A stretch of DNA of 64,000 bases from Lama guanicoe (taxonomy: Eukaryota), in the NCBI GenBank assembly GCA_013239625.1, contig MU057357.1:36998741-37062740 (forward strand), read 5' to 3'. The stretch's first letter is position 1. Every line of letters starts with the position of its first letter. This document shows positions 11,568 to 22,346 of this stretch, piece after piece. The translations under genes were made by a program, and so were the position numbers. The notes under the pieces are model-generated. The model was not told the origin of the DNA. It saw only the letters and a program-made list of their open reading frames with translations, and did no database searches.

Positions 11568-11808
11568 TACAGCATGGGCACTATAATTATCAGTACTATA
11601 TTATATGCTTGAAAATTGTCAAGAGAGTAGATCTTAAGTGGTATCAAAAATGGTAATTATGTGAGGGGCTAGGGGTATTATTATGTGGTACAACATTATC
11701 GTGGTAATTATTCTGCAATATATGCATGTATCAAATCATCATATTGTACACCTTAAACTTACATGTGGTATATGACAATAGGATCTATTAAATAAAGCTG
11801 GAAAAAAA
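11568..11808 (+). mobile_element. 5'-truncated L1 (L1MA-type) 3' end
   Basis: TACAGCATGG..AAGAGAGTAGATCTTAA..GTATCAAATCATC..GTACACCTTAAACTTAC..AATAAAGCTGGAAAAAAA. Confidence 0.85.
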
Positions 11809-12023
11809 TCAAACTAAATACTAGCAATAGTAGACGTGACTACAGACATGTCTCTTGAGGTTGCAATGTAAAATTTCAAACATCTGTATAGATAACTTGA
11901 AAGTTTCACAAAACAGTATTTACCCATATACCTGCAACACAAAAAGAAAGTGGGATAGCGTAAGCTACTGTACATTTTAAAACCATCAGTGAGTTCTGAT
12001 TTGTGTGTCTGCATTCATTCTAG

Positions 12024-12320
12024 CTCCACCTGGGCCACCTATCCCGAGAGTCACTGACACAAGTTCTACAGCTATTGAACTAGCATGGGAACCCCCAGCT
12101 TTCAATGGTGGTGGGGAAATCATTGGCTACTTTGTCGATAAGCAGCTGGTTGGCACAAATGAATGGTCACGCTGCACAGAGAAGATGATCAAGGCCCGTG
12201 AGTACACTGTCAAAGAAGTCCGAGAGGGTGCCGATTATAAACTTCGAGTGAGTGCTGTCAATGCTGCAGGTGAAGGACCGCCTGGAGAAACAGAACCTGT
12301 GACTGTGGCTGAACCACAAG
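12024..12320 (+). CDS. TTN: TTN exon ~276, Fn3 A7
   Basis: 297 nt. Confidence 0.95.
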
Positions 12321-12370
12321 GTACTTAAAAGTTACATGAATAAGATTATGGATGTTTTCCCAGTATGGGA

Positions 12371-12556
12371 TTTTTTTTTAACTTTTTTTTAAATTGAAGT
12401 ATAGTCAGTTTACAATGTTGTATCAATTTCTGGTGTTTAGCACAATGCTTCAGTCATACATGAATATACATATATTTGTTTTCATATTCTTTTTCACCAA
12501 GATATCAAATATAGTTCCCTGTGCTATACAGTATAAACCTGTTAATCTATTTTATA
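12371..12556 (-). mobile_element. 5'-truncated L1 3' end (laurasiatherian/artiodactyl type)
   Basis: Poly-T then AATTGAAGTATAGTCAGTTTACAATGTTG..ATAGTTCCCTGTGCTATACAG; GGATTTT on both flanks. Confidence 0.85.
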
Positions 12557-12602
12557 GGATTTTCTTTTTTATCTTTCTTTCATGATTGTTCTCTTTCAAC
12601 AG

Positions 12603-12887
12603 AGCCTCCAACTGTGGAACTAGATGTTTCTGTCAAGGCTGGAATACAGATAATGGCTGGGAAAACTCTTAGAATTCCAGCTGTGGTAACTGGTCGTCCT
12701 GTGCCAACAAGAGTGTGGACCAAAGAAGAAGGAGACCTGGATAAAGACCGTGTTGTAATAGAGAACGTTGGAACCAAATCTGAACTAATTATCAAGGATG
12801 CATTGAGAAAAGATCATGGCAGATATGTGATTACAGCTACCAACAGCTGTGGTTCCAAATTTGCAGCAGCCAGGGTAGAAGTTTTTG
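12603..12887 (+). CDS. TTN: TTN exon ~277, Ig A8
   Basis: 285 nt. Confidence 0.95.
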
Positions 12888-12980
12888 GTAAGGAATATTA
12901 CATGGATTTCCATAGGATTTTTCCCAAGTGATACTGTNNNNNNNNNNNNNNNNNNNNNNNNNNNNNNNNNNNNNNNNNNN

Positions 12981-13274
12981 NNNNNNNNNNNNNNNNNNNN
13001 NNNNNNNNNNNNNNNNNNNNNNNNNNNNNNNNNNNNNNNNNNNNNNNNNNNNNNNNNNNNNNNNNNNNNNNNNNNNNNNNNNNNNNNNTTATTATTGAAA
13101 GAAAAGATGCTAAGATGCATACCTGGAGACAGCCAATAGAGACGGAAAGATCCAAATGTGATATCACGGGTCTCCTTGAGGGACAAGAATATATGTTCCG
13201 TGTGATTGCCAAGAACAAGTTTGGCTGTGGCCCTCCTGTTGAAATAGGACCAATTCTTGCAGTTGATCCACTAG
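12981..13274 (+). CDS. TTN: TTN exon ~278, Fn3 A9 (5' end hidden in N; start estimated)
   Basis: Readable 13089-13274 IIERKDAKMHTW...VDPL, donor TAG|GTAAGA; start inferred from Fn3 length. Confidence 0.8.
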
Positions 13275-13533
13275 GTAAGAGAGAAAGTCTTCATTGTGTT
13301 TTCAAAGTAAAATACTGACTCCTTCTAGTTATGTCATTTATGTATTGAGATTTATGGCTTCAAATTTCCAATAGTCTCAAGACCTATGGCTGGAGAGAAA
13401 TAAGAAAGGTAAACCAAATAACTACCAGCAACTTTAAGAAAACCATAATTGCTGTATTTTCAACATAATTTTTGCACAAAACAACATAGTTTTGTGTACT
13501 GAAAAACCTGAATCACTGGAGCTTAACAATAAC

Positions 13534-13543
13534 CTAAAAATAG
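13534..13543. promoter_or_regulatory. Consensus MEF2 site CTAAAAATAG
   Basis: Exact match to the YTAWWWWTAR consensus in intron 278; function untested. Confidence 0.35.
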
Positions 13544-14558
13544 TTGAAATATTACATCTTAGTAATAAAATATACTGGAGAAATTTAATAGTCTACTACT
13601 TAAAGAGAGTTCATTGTTTCTAAAAGACTACAGGACAGGTAACTGCCTTAGCATAAATGCTTTGGCCTCCTTTAAGCCCTCAAGTAGTCCCTACACTGGA
13701 AGGATATGGAAGCCCCCAAACCAGAAAGAGCCACCAAAGAATAGAAGACCAACCAAAGGAAATCTCCTTCACCAGTATGAACAAATATAAGGCCCTAAAA
13801 TTGCACACACTTGGTAATACACACTGACATCCCATCCAAGAAAGCAAAGTCTCTGCGGATGACCCATTCCCAAGAGACAGAGGAATTATTCCTCCACCAC
13901 CACTTCCTCCCCCTAGAAACAAGATTCCATTCTCACTGTAACAGCTCATCTCAGAATGTCTATTACCGCTTAAGTTGTGCCAGAAAGAACAGAACAGAGT
14001 TGGGTTGCAGTAACAGTCAAGAATGGATTGGGTCAACCTTTACCATTCAAAGCTTGTTCTGTTTTGTTTGTCGAGACACAAAACTGCAGCAGCATTACAA
14101 ACATTCTCTTTCCACTCCATTTTAAACCCGCCCTTGAGAGAGCATGGTTCAAAGTGTGTTCAGTAGACATATCCATTGTCTGTTAATAAGCGAGGAATGC
14201 TTTGCCCTCAGCTGGTCATTCAAAGCAAAACTTCAGAGACAGCCCTCCTCGTTCCTTAAAATTAGAAGTTTCCCCAGTGACAGAGGTAAAATATCTAAAA
14301 TGCTAAATGTAAAAAAGCATATGTGTACCTCGGTTTATTTTTAATCAATAATCTTGACTATCGAGTTTACTAAGAAAAATTCTGCCTATATGAATGCCTG
14401 TAATTCTGGTAGCGGAGACATTTTTAGTATTTTAAAGACAGATGTAACATTATAACAAACAGAAACCTGGTTTTCACATAATTAATTTAAGTGAAATGTT
14501 ATTTTTTAACATGAATGTTTATTTCATTCTTGTCATTTCAACTTGCTTCTGGTTAAAG

Positions 14559-14858
14559 GCCCTCCAACGTCTCCCGAGAGGCTCACATACACGGAAAGGA
14601 CCAAGTCCACTATCACCCTTGACTGGAAAGAGCCCCGCAGTAATGGTGGCAGCCCCATCCAAGGCTATATCATTGAAAAACGGCGTCACGACAAACCTGA
14701 CTTTGAAAGAGTTAACAAGCGACTCTGCCCAACCACGTCTTTTCTGGTTGAAGATCTCGATGAACACCAAATGTATGAGTTCCGTGTCAAGGCTGTCAAC
14801 GAAATTGGTGAAAGTGAACCGTCCCTGCCTCTTAATGTGGTCATACAAGATGATGAAG
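14559..14858 (+). CDS. TTN: TTN exon ~279, Fn3 A10
   Basis: 300 nt; AAG acceptor, AAG|GTGTGT donor. Confidence 0.92.
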
Positions 14859-14965
14859 GTGTGTAATCTGAACATAATAAATAATGACTTTAATGTACTT
14901 TTAGTAACAGGTAGAGCAAACAGCCTTATGACTTTGCTATTTTTTTCTTTCCCTTTTCTTCACAG

Positions 14966-15274
14966 TGCCTCCAACTATTAAGTTGCGCCTGTCTGTTCGA
15001 GGAGACACTATCAAAGTTAAGGCAGGAGAGCCTGTTAACATCCCTGCAGATGTGACAGGCCTTCCAATGCCTAAGATTGAGTGGTCCAAGAATGAGAAAG
15101 TGATTGAAAAACCCACTGATGCACTTAAGATAACCAAGGAAGAAGTATCCCGAAGTGAGGCAAAGACTGAGCTTAGCATTCCCAAAGCAGTCCGGGAGGA
15201 CAAAGGCACTTACACAGTCACTGCTTCTAACCGCCTTGGCTCAGTGTTCCGAAATGTTCATGTTGAAGTATACG
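14966..15274 (+). CDS. TTN: TTN exon ~280, Ig A11
   Basis: 309 nt. Confidence 0.95.
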
Positions 15275-15362
15275 GTAAGTGACGTGCCTTCTTATAAAAA
15301 TACAAAATCTGGTGTCTGTTCAAGAATTTCCTTCTCAATCTCCTCTGTTGGTTCCTTTTCAG

Positions 15363-15553
15363 ACCGTCCATCCCCACCAAGAAATCTTGCTGTTACTGAC
15401 ATTAAAGCTGAATCTTGCTACTTAACATGGGATGCCCCTCTAGACAATGGTGGCAGTGAAATCACCCATTATGTCATTGACAAACGCGATGCAAGTAGGA
15501 AGAAAGCTGAATGGGAAGAAGTCACCAACACTGCTGTAGAGAGAAGATATGGG
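15363..15553 (+). CDS. TTN: TTN exon ~281, Fn3 A12 N-part
   Basis: 191 nt. Confidence 0.93.
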
Positions 15554-15947
15554 GTAAACTCTCCTAAGTATTTTCGTATGCACATTAAAAGGACATGACT
15601 CTGAATTAACACCATTCTAGCATAACCTTGGAATTTAAAGATTAAATTCAAAACCACACACAAAAACCTTTAGTATAGTTTTCAGCACCATGCACTTGAG
15701 GCTACTTAGTAAATACTATCTGATACACAGATTGTCTTTTACTTGAGAGATCCACAATTAGGTACAATAAATGTACACATTCTCATTTTAAAAGACTTTC
15801 TCCATGTTTGAGTATGTATATTTATTTGAGTTTACAGATGTACTTCTTTTTAGAGTCTTCTCTACCAAAATAGTCTGAATTTTAAAACAAGTGAAAATCA
15901 ATGTAAGAATATTATTTTTAAGAAATTATTATTCGTCTGATTTCTAG

Positions 15948-16377
15948 ATCTGGAAACTTATCCCTAATGGTCAGTATGAGTTCCGAGTTAGAGCAGTGAA
16001 TAAATATGGAACCAGTGATGAATGCAAGTCAGATAAAGTGGTCATTCAAGATCCTTATCGTCCACCTGGACCTCCGGGAAAACCAAAAGTTTTGGAGCGC
16101 ACCAAAGGGTCGATGCTAGTGAGCTGGACTCCCCCTTTGGACAATGGCGGCTCTCCAATTACTGGCTACTGGCTGGAGAAGAGAGAAGAGGGAGGTGCCT
16201 ACTGGTCACGTGTGAGCCGAGCACCAATAACCAAAATGGGATTGAAAGGCGTGGAATTTAACGTTCCCCGTTTGATTGAAGGTGTGAAATACCAGTTCAG
16301 AGCAATGGCAATCAACGCTGCGGGAGTTGGCCCTCCCAGTGAACCATCAGATCCAGCTGTTGCAGGAGATCCCATAT
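15948..16377 (+). CDS. TTN: TTN exon ~282, Fn3 A12 C-part + A13
   Basis: 430 nt; phase-compatible with 281. Confidence 0.93.
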
Positions 16378-16974
16378 GTAAGTATGCTTCCACTTCTGAA
16401 ATTTGGAAAGGGCAGAGCCAGTAAATGCTCTTAAATTTCTTGTATTTTTCTATGCTAAGTTATTTTATTAAAATAAAAACTTTCATCCTTAAGACTATTA
16501 GAAGTATGTTTGTGTGTATACACATATACACAAATTATTCATACATATCTAATGTATCTGCACACATATGTATACATACAAAAAGTCATATAGTTTTTAC
16601 TCTTAGATTAAACCTAAGATTATATGAGGAATCACAATAATAAAGACCCTAGACTATGAACTCCCCTCTGCTCCCATACCTTACATAAACCTCTGTCTCA
16701 TTAATTTGATACTGTGGAAATTCTCTCTCTCACTAAACAGTCAGACCATCCAGTGTGAGTTCAACAAAAAGCAAAATGTTGTTAAATTTTCAATAATACT
16801 TTTGCACAAAGATGTAAGATTTTCAAGCACAGTCTGTGAGGTCAAATAAAAAACTCTGAAAGATCTATGAGCAGATCAGTTCAAAAATCAGAGTCTCTGG
16901 GGGGGAAAAAATCAACTCTTTATTAAAAAGACAAGATAACCTAAGTTCTATATGGAACACATCTATAAAATGAA

Positions 16975-17032
16975 TTATTCATTCGTTCTGCGAGCTAGTA
17001 TTAAACATATGCTGTGTACAAGGCACTGTCAG
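16975..17032 (-). mobile_element. Old L2 3' fragment
   Basis: ATTCATTC..TATTAAACATATGCTGTGTACAAGGCACTGT resembles the reverse L2 tail. Confidence 0.4.
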
Positions 17033-17465
17033 AAATGTAATGGATTGTCATGTGATTGGGGCAGGGTCAACGTCTACAATAAAGGGCATTAAGATTAGCT
17101 TGTGTTCAAAGGTTTACCAGCGAAAGATGAAATCATTTTTTAACTTTAATTTTATGGTAAATTAAAATAAGTTTTTAGTAGAAAAATACTGCAGAATCTC
17201 TTCAAAGGAATCTCAAAAGTAAGAGCTGTTCACCAATTGTATATAAATAGTCTTTCCAATCCCAGTCGGTTGTTTGCTTTCTTTGTTTTAGCATTAATGC
17301 TAAATGGAAATAGACTGTCTTAGACTTCTCTAGAAAGTAATTTATTCTTTTGGCATTCCTATTTTAATAGATTAATAAAGTATGATCATGTATAATGTAA
17401 CATTCTTATGGTGTATAGATCTAGCATCCAGCTTTAAAACTTGATGTTTTTTTTCCTCTTATTAG

Positions 17466-17774
17466 ATCCACCTGGGCCACCTTCTCGTCCAGAGGTCAAA
17501 GATAAAACAAAGTCAAGCATCTCACTAGCATGGAAACCTCCAGCCAAAGATGGTGGCAGCCCAATCAAAGGATACATTGTAGAAATGCAGGAAGAAGGTA
17601 GTACTGACTGGAAGAGCGTAAATGAACCAGACAAACTCTTAACTACCTGTGAATGTGTGGTGCCAAATTTGAAAGAGCTCAGAAAGTACAGATTCAGAGT
17701 AAAAGCTGTCAACGAAGCTGGTGAATCTGAACCAAGTGACACAACTGGAGAGATCCCTGCCACTGATATTCAGG
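17466..17774 (+). CDS. TTN: TTN exon ~283, Fn3 A14
   Basis: 309 nt. Confidence 0.94.
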
Positions 17775-17906
17775 GTACTAGTCCTTAATCCATTTATATA
17801 TTCATCTTTTGATCTTATTATGAAATTGATTAATTTACTGAAGATATGTCAATTACTTTTTGGAAAGGGTCAGCTAAATCCTGTTATATTATCCATGGTA
17901 TTACAG

Positions 17907-18055
17907 AGGTACCAGAAGTTTTCATTGACATTGGAGCACAAGACTGTCTAATTTGTCAAGCTGGCACACAGATTAGGATTCCTGCTGTCATCAAGGGACG
18001 CCCAACACCAAAATCCTCTTGGGAATTTGATGGAAAGGCAAAGAAGGCAGTGAAA
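17907..18055 (+). CDS. TTN: TTN exon ~284, Ig A15 N-part
   Basis: 149 nt. Confidence 0.93.
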
Positions 18056-18141
18056 GTAAGAATTTATAATTCTCTGTATCTCCCATTGAATCACTCTAAC
18101 AAATAGTTACACTATAACTAACTGACTGTCTTTTCTAATAG

Positions 18142-18174
18142 GATGGGGTTCATGATATCCCTGAAGATGCACAG
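18142..18174 (+). CDS. TTN: TTN micro-exon ~285 (DGVHDIPEDAQ), Ig A15 loop
   Basis: 33 nt, TAG|...CAG|GTAAAA, phase 0-0. Confidence 0.88.
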
Positions 18175-18289
18175 GTAAAAAAAAAATATATATATATATT
18201 ATATATATAGAAATGATTCAGAATCTGATTGACTTCAGTACTGCTTTCAATTCATTCAACATATGACTAATATTTTTTTCTTTGTACAG

Positions 18290-18419
18290 CTGGAGACTGC
18301 TGAAAATTCATCAGTAATTATTATTCCAGAGTGTAAGCGATCTCATTCAGGCAAATACAGCATCACAGCCAAGAATAAAGCAGGACAAAAGACTGCAAAT
18401 TGCAGAGTTAAAGTCATGG
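18290..18419 (+). CDS. TTN: TTN exon ~286, Ig A15 C-part
   Basis: 130 nt. Confidence 0.93.
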
Positions 18420-18508
18420 GTAAGGAAGACTTCAAAAGTTACTATGGAATAAGAACAAATTATTTTAAACAAAGAACCACTGTTTACATTGTGATTTGCA
18501 TCCAACAG

Positions 18509-18808
18509 ATGTACCAGGGCCACCCAAAGATCTGAAAGTCAGTGACATCACAAGGGGTAGTTGCAAACTTACATGGAAGATGCCAGATGACGATGGAGGA
18601 GACAGGATCAAAGGCTATGTTATCGAGAAGAGGACTATTGATGGAAAAGCCTGGACTAAAGTCAACCCAAGCTGTGGAAGCACCTCATTTGTAGTTCCTG
18701 ACCTCATCTCTGGACAGGAATATTTCTTCCGTGTACGGGCAGAAAATCGTTTTGGTATTGGTCCACCTGTGGAAACCATTCAGAGGACCACTGCCAGAGA
18801 CCCAATAT
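18509..18808 (+). CDS. TTN: TTN exon ~287, Fn3 A16
   Basis: 300 nt. Confidence 0.95.
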
Positions 18809-18901
18809 GTAAGTTTTTAAAGCTAAGATTAAAGTAGTTTCCCAAATTTGAAATATATTATTATAAACAATGCCTAATACTTCTTTTAACTATTTTTAAA
18901 G

Positions 18902-19219
18902 ATCCTCCTGATCCTCCTATTAAACTCAAGATTGGCCTCATAACAAAGAACACAGTACACCTGTCATGGAAACCCCCAAAGAATGATGGGGGCTCCCCTG
19001 TCACCCACTATATTGTTGAGTGCCTTGCGTGGGATCCTACTGGGACAAAGAAAGAAGCATGGAAACAGTGCAACAAACGTGACGTGGAGGAACTGGAGTT
19101 TACCGCCGAAGACCTCATAGAGGGTGGGGAATACGAATTCAGGGTCAAAGCCGTCAATGCTGCAGGAGTCAGCAAACCTTCAGACACTGTTGGCCCTGTG
19201 ATTGTCAAAGACCAGACAT
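18902..19219 (+). CDS. TTN: TTN exon ~288, Fn3 A17
   Basis: 318 nt. Confidence 0.93.
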
Positions 19220-20225
19220 GTAAGTACCAACATATTAACAGAGAATGTCCTCTTTATGATGCCTTCCTGGATATTTAAGAAAAGTCCAAAACAAAAAGAG
19301 ATGTCTGTACATGGGGAAGCTACCAGGGGTTGAGTCTGGACAAAGGCACGTGACCTAATTGCTCATGCCCTCAGCCTCCACAGAATTCTCATCTTTCCTT
19401 ACATACGACCTTCCCCTTATTGAAAGGAGATGACGTTTGGCATTTCCTTCCTCTCATTTTCTCCACGGCAGGCTATTTTACACACCAGAAGTTAAAGCAG
19501 TTCCTCTGCAAGCTCCTCAAAAGGGGCAGAAAGTAACCAGTCGTTTGCTCAGCAACTGCTAAGACCCATTTATCTTCACAATCAAGCTGCTTTTTCTCCA
19601 TTTGATGAAAAGATATATCCATTTTAAGAGATAAGACATACACACAAATATAGTAATAATTCTTCCTCTAATCACTGCTACTACCATCACTACTGCTGTG
19701 TCGTTGTTAGTTCCTTCTAAATTTAGGAGAGCTGTAGTCACAACCCCCTTTGCATATTCGTGTACTAAATTCATGAAAATGGAAAACTGCTTTGCCTCCA
19801 TTAGCAGTTATATTTCTTAAAAGGGAGTTCATCTCAGAATGAACATATAGTAGGCCCCTCATAACACTGCGTACATGTTAAAGGGAATATCATGAAAGAA
19901 CACTCAAGCCTAAGCGACTGTAAATTTCACCTTTCTCTACCCTTTTTCAATATCTACAATCATGAGGATGCCACGTGGGAGAGAGGCAACTGCTGATACA
20001 CAGCCACTTGTAGATCAGTAAAGGATGATGACCACATGCATCTGCTCCCCAAACTGGTATAAACTAGATGCAGACAGATCTGTTCTCTATATCAAGCAGG
20101 CTATAAAGCCTGCCTATAGTAGATCCAGATAACTTTCTAGTTACTGTGAATTCTACTTTCCATCCTTTAGTGCTCTATGTTCCTAATGACGACAGCTTCT
20201 TTTTTTTTTTCCTTTAATAATCTAG

Positions 20226-20522
20226 GCCCACCTTCAATTGAGCTAAAAGAATTCATGGAGGTTGAAGAAGGAACTGATGTTAGCATTGTGGCCAAAATTA
20301 AAGGTGTGCCATTCCCGACACTAACCTGGTTTAAAGCTCCTCCGATGAAGCCTGATAAGAAAGAACCTGTTGTCTATGACACCCATGTCAACAAACTGGT
20401 GGTGGATGATACTTGCACCTTAGTTATTCCACAGTCTCGCAGGAGTGACACTGGCCTATATACCATCACAGCCGTGAATAATCTGGGAACAGCATCAAAG
20501 GAAATGAGACTGAATGTCCTTG
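20226..20522 (+). CDS. TTN: TTN exon ~289, Ig A18
   Basis: 297 nt. Confidence 0.95.
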
Positions 20523-20629
20523 GTAAAGATTTCATGGTTTTATTAAAACCATGTGATTTTCTGTTCATAAACGTAGTATTTGGCTTTAAGATCATTCTCC
20601 TAATAAAATTTTCTCTTAAACCATTTTAG

Positions 20630-20929
20630 GTCGCCCTGGCCCTCCCGTAGGACCGATAAAGTTTGAATCTGTTTCAGCAGATCAAATGACATTATCTTGG
20701 CTTCCACCTAAAGATGACGGTGGGTCTAAGATTACCAACTATGTAATTGAGAAAAGAGAAGCTAACAGGAAGACATGGGTGCGTGTCTCCAGTGAACCGA
20801 AAGAGTGCATGTACACAATTCCCAAACTGCTGGAAGGCCATGAGTATGTATTCCGAATCATGGCCCAGAATAAATATGGCATTGGGGAGCCTCTTGACAG
20901 TGAACCTGAAACAGCAAGAAACCTCTTCT
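20630..20929 (+). CDS. TTN: TTN exon ~290, Fn3 A19
   Basis: 300 nt. Confidence 0.95.
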
Positions 20930-21014
20930 GTAAGTAGGACATGCTTCACATACAAAGTCATTCTTATTTGTGTTTTTCATAATTTCTCATACATNNNNNN
21001 NNNNNNNNNNNNNN

Positions 21015-21329
21015 NNNNNNNNNNNNNNNNNNNNNNNNNNNNNNNNNNNNNNNNNNNNNNNNNNNNNNNNNNNNNNNNNNNNNNNNNNNNNNNNNNNNNN
21101 NNNNNNNNNNNNNNNNNNNNNNNNNNNNNNNNNNTGAAAGATACCACTTCGAAGAGATGGAAGAGAGTTAACCGAGATCCTATCAAAGCCATGACTTTGG
21201 GTGTTTCTTATAAAGTGACTGGTCTCATTGAAGGTTCTGATTATCAGTTCCGGGTGTACGCCATCAATGCTGCTGGTGTGGGTCCAGCAAGTCTGCCCTC
21301 AGACCCAGCGACTGCTAGAGATCCGATTG
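21015..21329 (+). CDS. TTN: TTN exon ~291, Fn3 A20 (5' end hidden in N; start estimated)
   Basis: Readable 21135-21329 KDTTSKRW...ARDPI, donor TTG|GTGAGA. Confidence 0.8.
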
Positions 21330-21416
21330 GTGAGACTTGAAACCATTCTTTGCCCCCATCCCACCAAAAGTGCCATGGAAAAGTCAAGAATACTAACATA
21401 TGCTGCTTCTTTCCAG

Positions 21417-21565
21417 CCCCTCCTGGCCCACCATTTCCCAAAGTCACAGACTGGACCAAATCATCTGCGGATCTGGAGTGGTCTCCCCCACTAAAAGATG
21501 GTGGATCCAAAGTAACCGGATACATCGTTGAATATAAAGAAGAAGGCAAAGAAGAGTGGGAAAAG
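21417..21565 (+). CDS. TTN: TTN exon ~292, Fn3 A21 N-half
   Basis: 149 nt. Confidence 0.93.
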
Positions 21566-21974
21566 GTAGCTAACACTTGGCGTTATGGAAATGGACTATG
21601 AATAAACTAAAAATGTAGTTATTCTCAATCCCGTTAACTCGTATCTGTACTTTCTGGACTAAGAAATAAAAGAAAGCCATTTAACTTAACAGATAATCCA
21701 AACATCTGTTATGTCAAAAATCTAATCAAAAGTTAAGTCATGCTATTTTGTATTATCTTCTAGCTATAAAGCCTGAAAAGATGGATGAAGTGAACAATAC
21801 AGTTTTTTTTTCCTAATCAGTTGACAATATTATAAAACATAATTTCTGGCATTCAGTATTTACCTGTAATATCTGATCCCTAAAACCTAAATTGACAACA
21901 GTTCTCCCAGAACAAGTAAATATGCCATTGGTTATGCTTTGGAAAGCTATTAAACAAGAAACTAAAAAGAACTA

Positions 21975-22311
21975 CAGTAGTTTCTCCCCCCTTATCCAAA
22001 GGGATACATTCTAAGACCCGCAGTGGATGCCTGAAACCACAGATAGTATAGGAAAAAANNNNNNNNNNNNNNNNNNNNNNNNNNNNNNNNNNNNNNNNNN
22101 NNNNNNNNNNNNNNNNNNNNNNNNNNNNNNNNNNNNNNNNNNNNNNNNNNNNNNNNNNNNNNNNNNNNNNNNNNNNNNNNNNNNNNNNNNNNNNNNNNNN
22201 NNNNNNNNNNNNNNNNNNNNNNNNNNNNNNNCATTTAGTATTTTCAGATCTCGGTTGACTTCGGGTAAATGAAACACAGAATGCAAAACCACAGATAAGG
22301 AAGGACTACTG
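21975..22311 (-). mobile_element. MER44A-like TcMar-Tigger element (middle masked)
   Basis: TIRs CAGTAGT..CCTTATC and GATAAGG..ACTACTG, TA at left flank, ~337 nt, internal CAGTGGATGCCTGAAACC. Confidence 0.8.
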
Positions 22312-22346
22312 AATTCTGCTTATAAATGCTTGTGATTTCTCCCTAG

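Noticed and set aside
18890-18899. MEF2-like CTATTTTTAA (and TTATTTTTAG at 6349-6358)
   Set aside because: Isolated matches in AT-rich or polypyrimidine sequence with no companion motifs.
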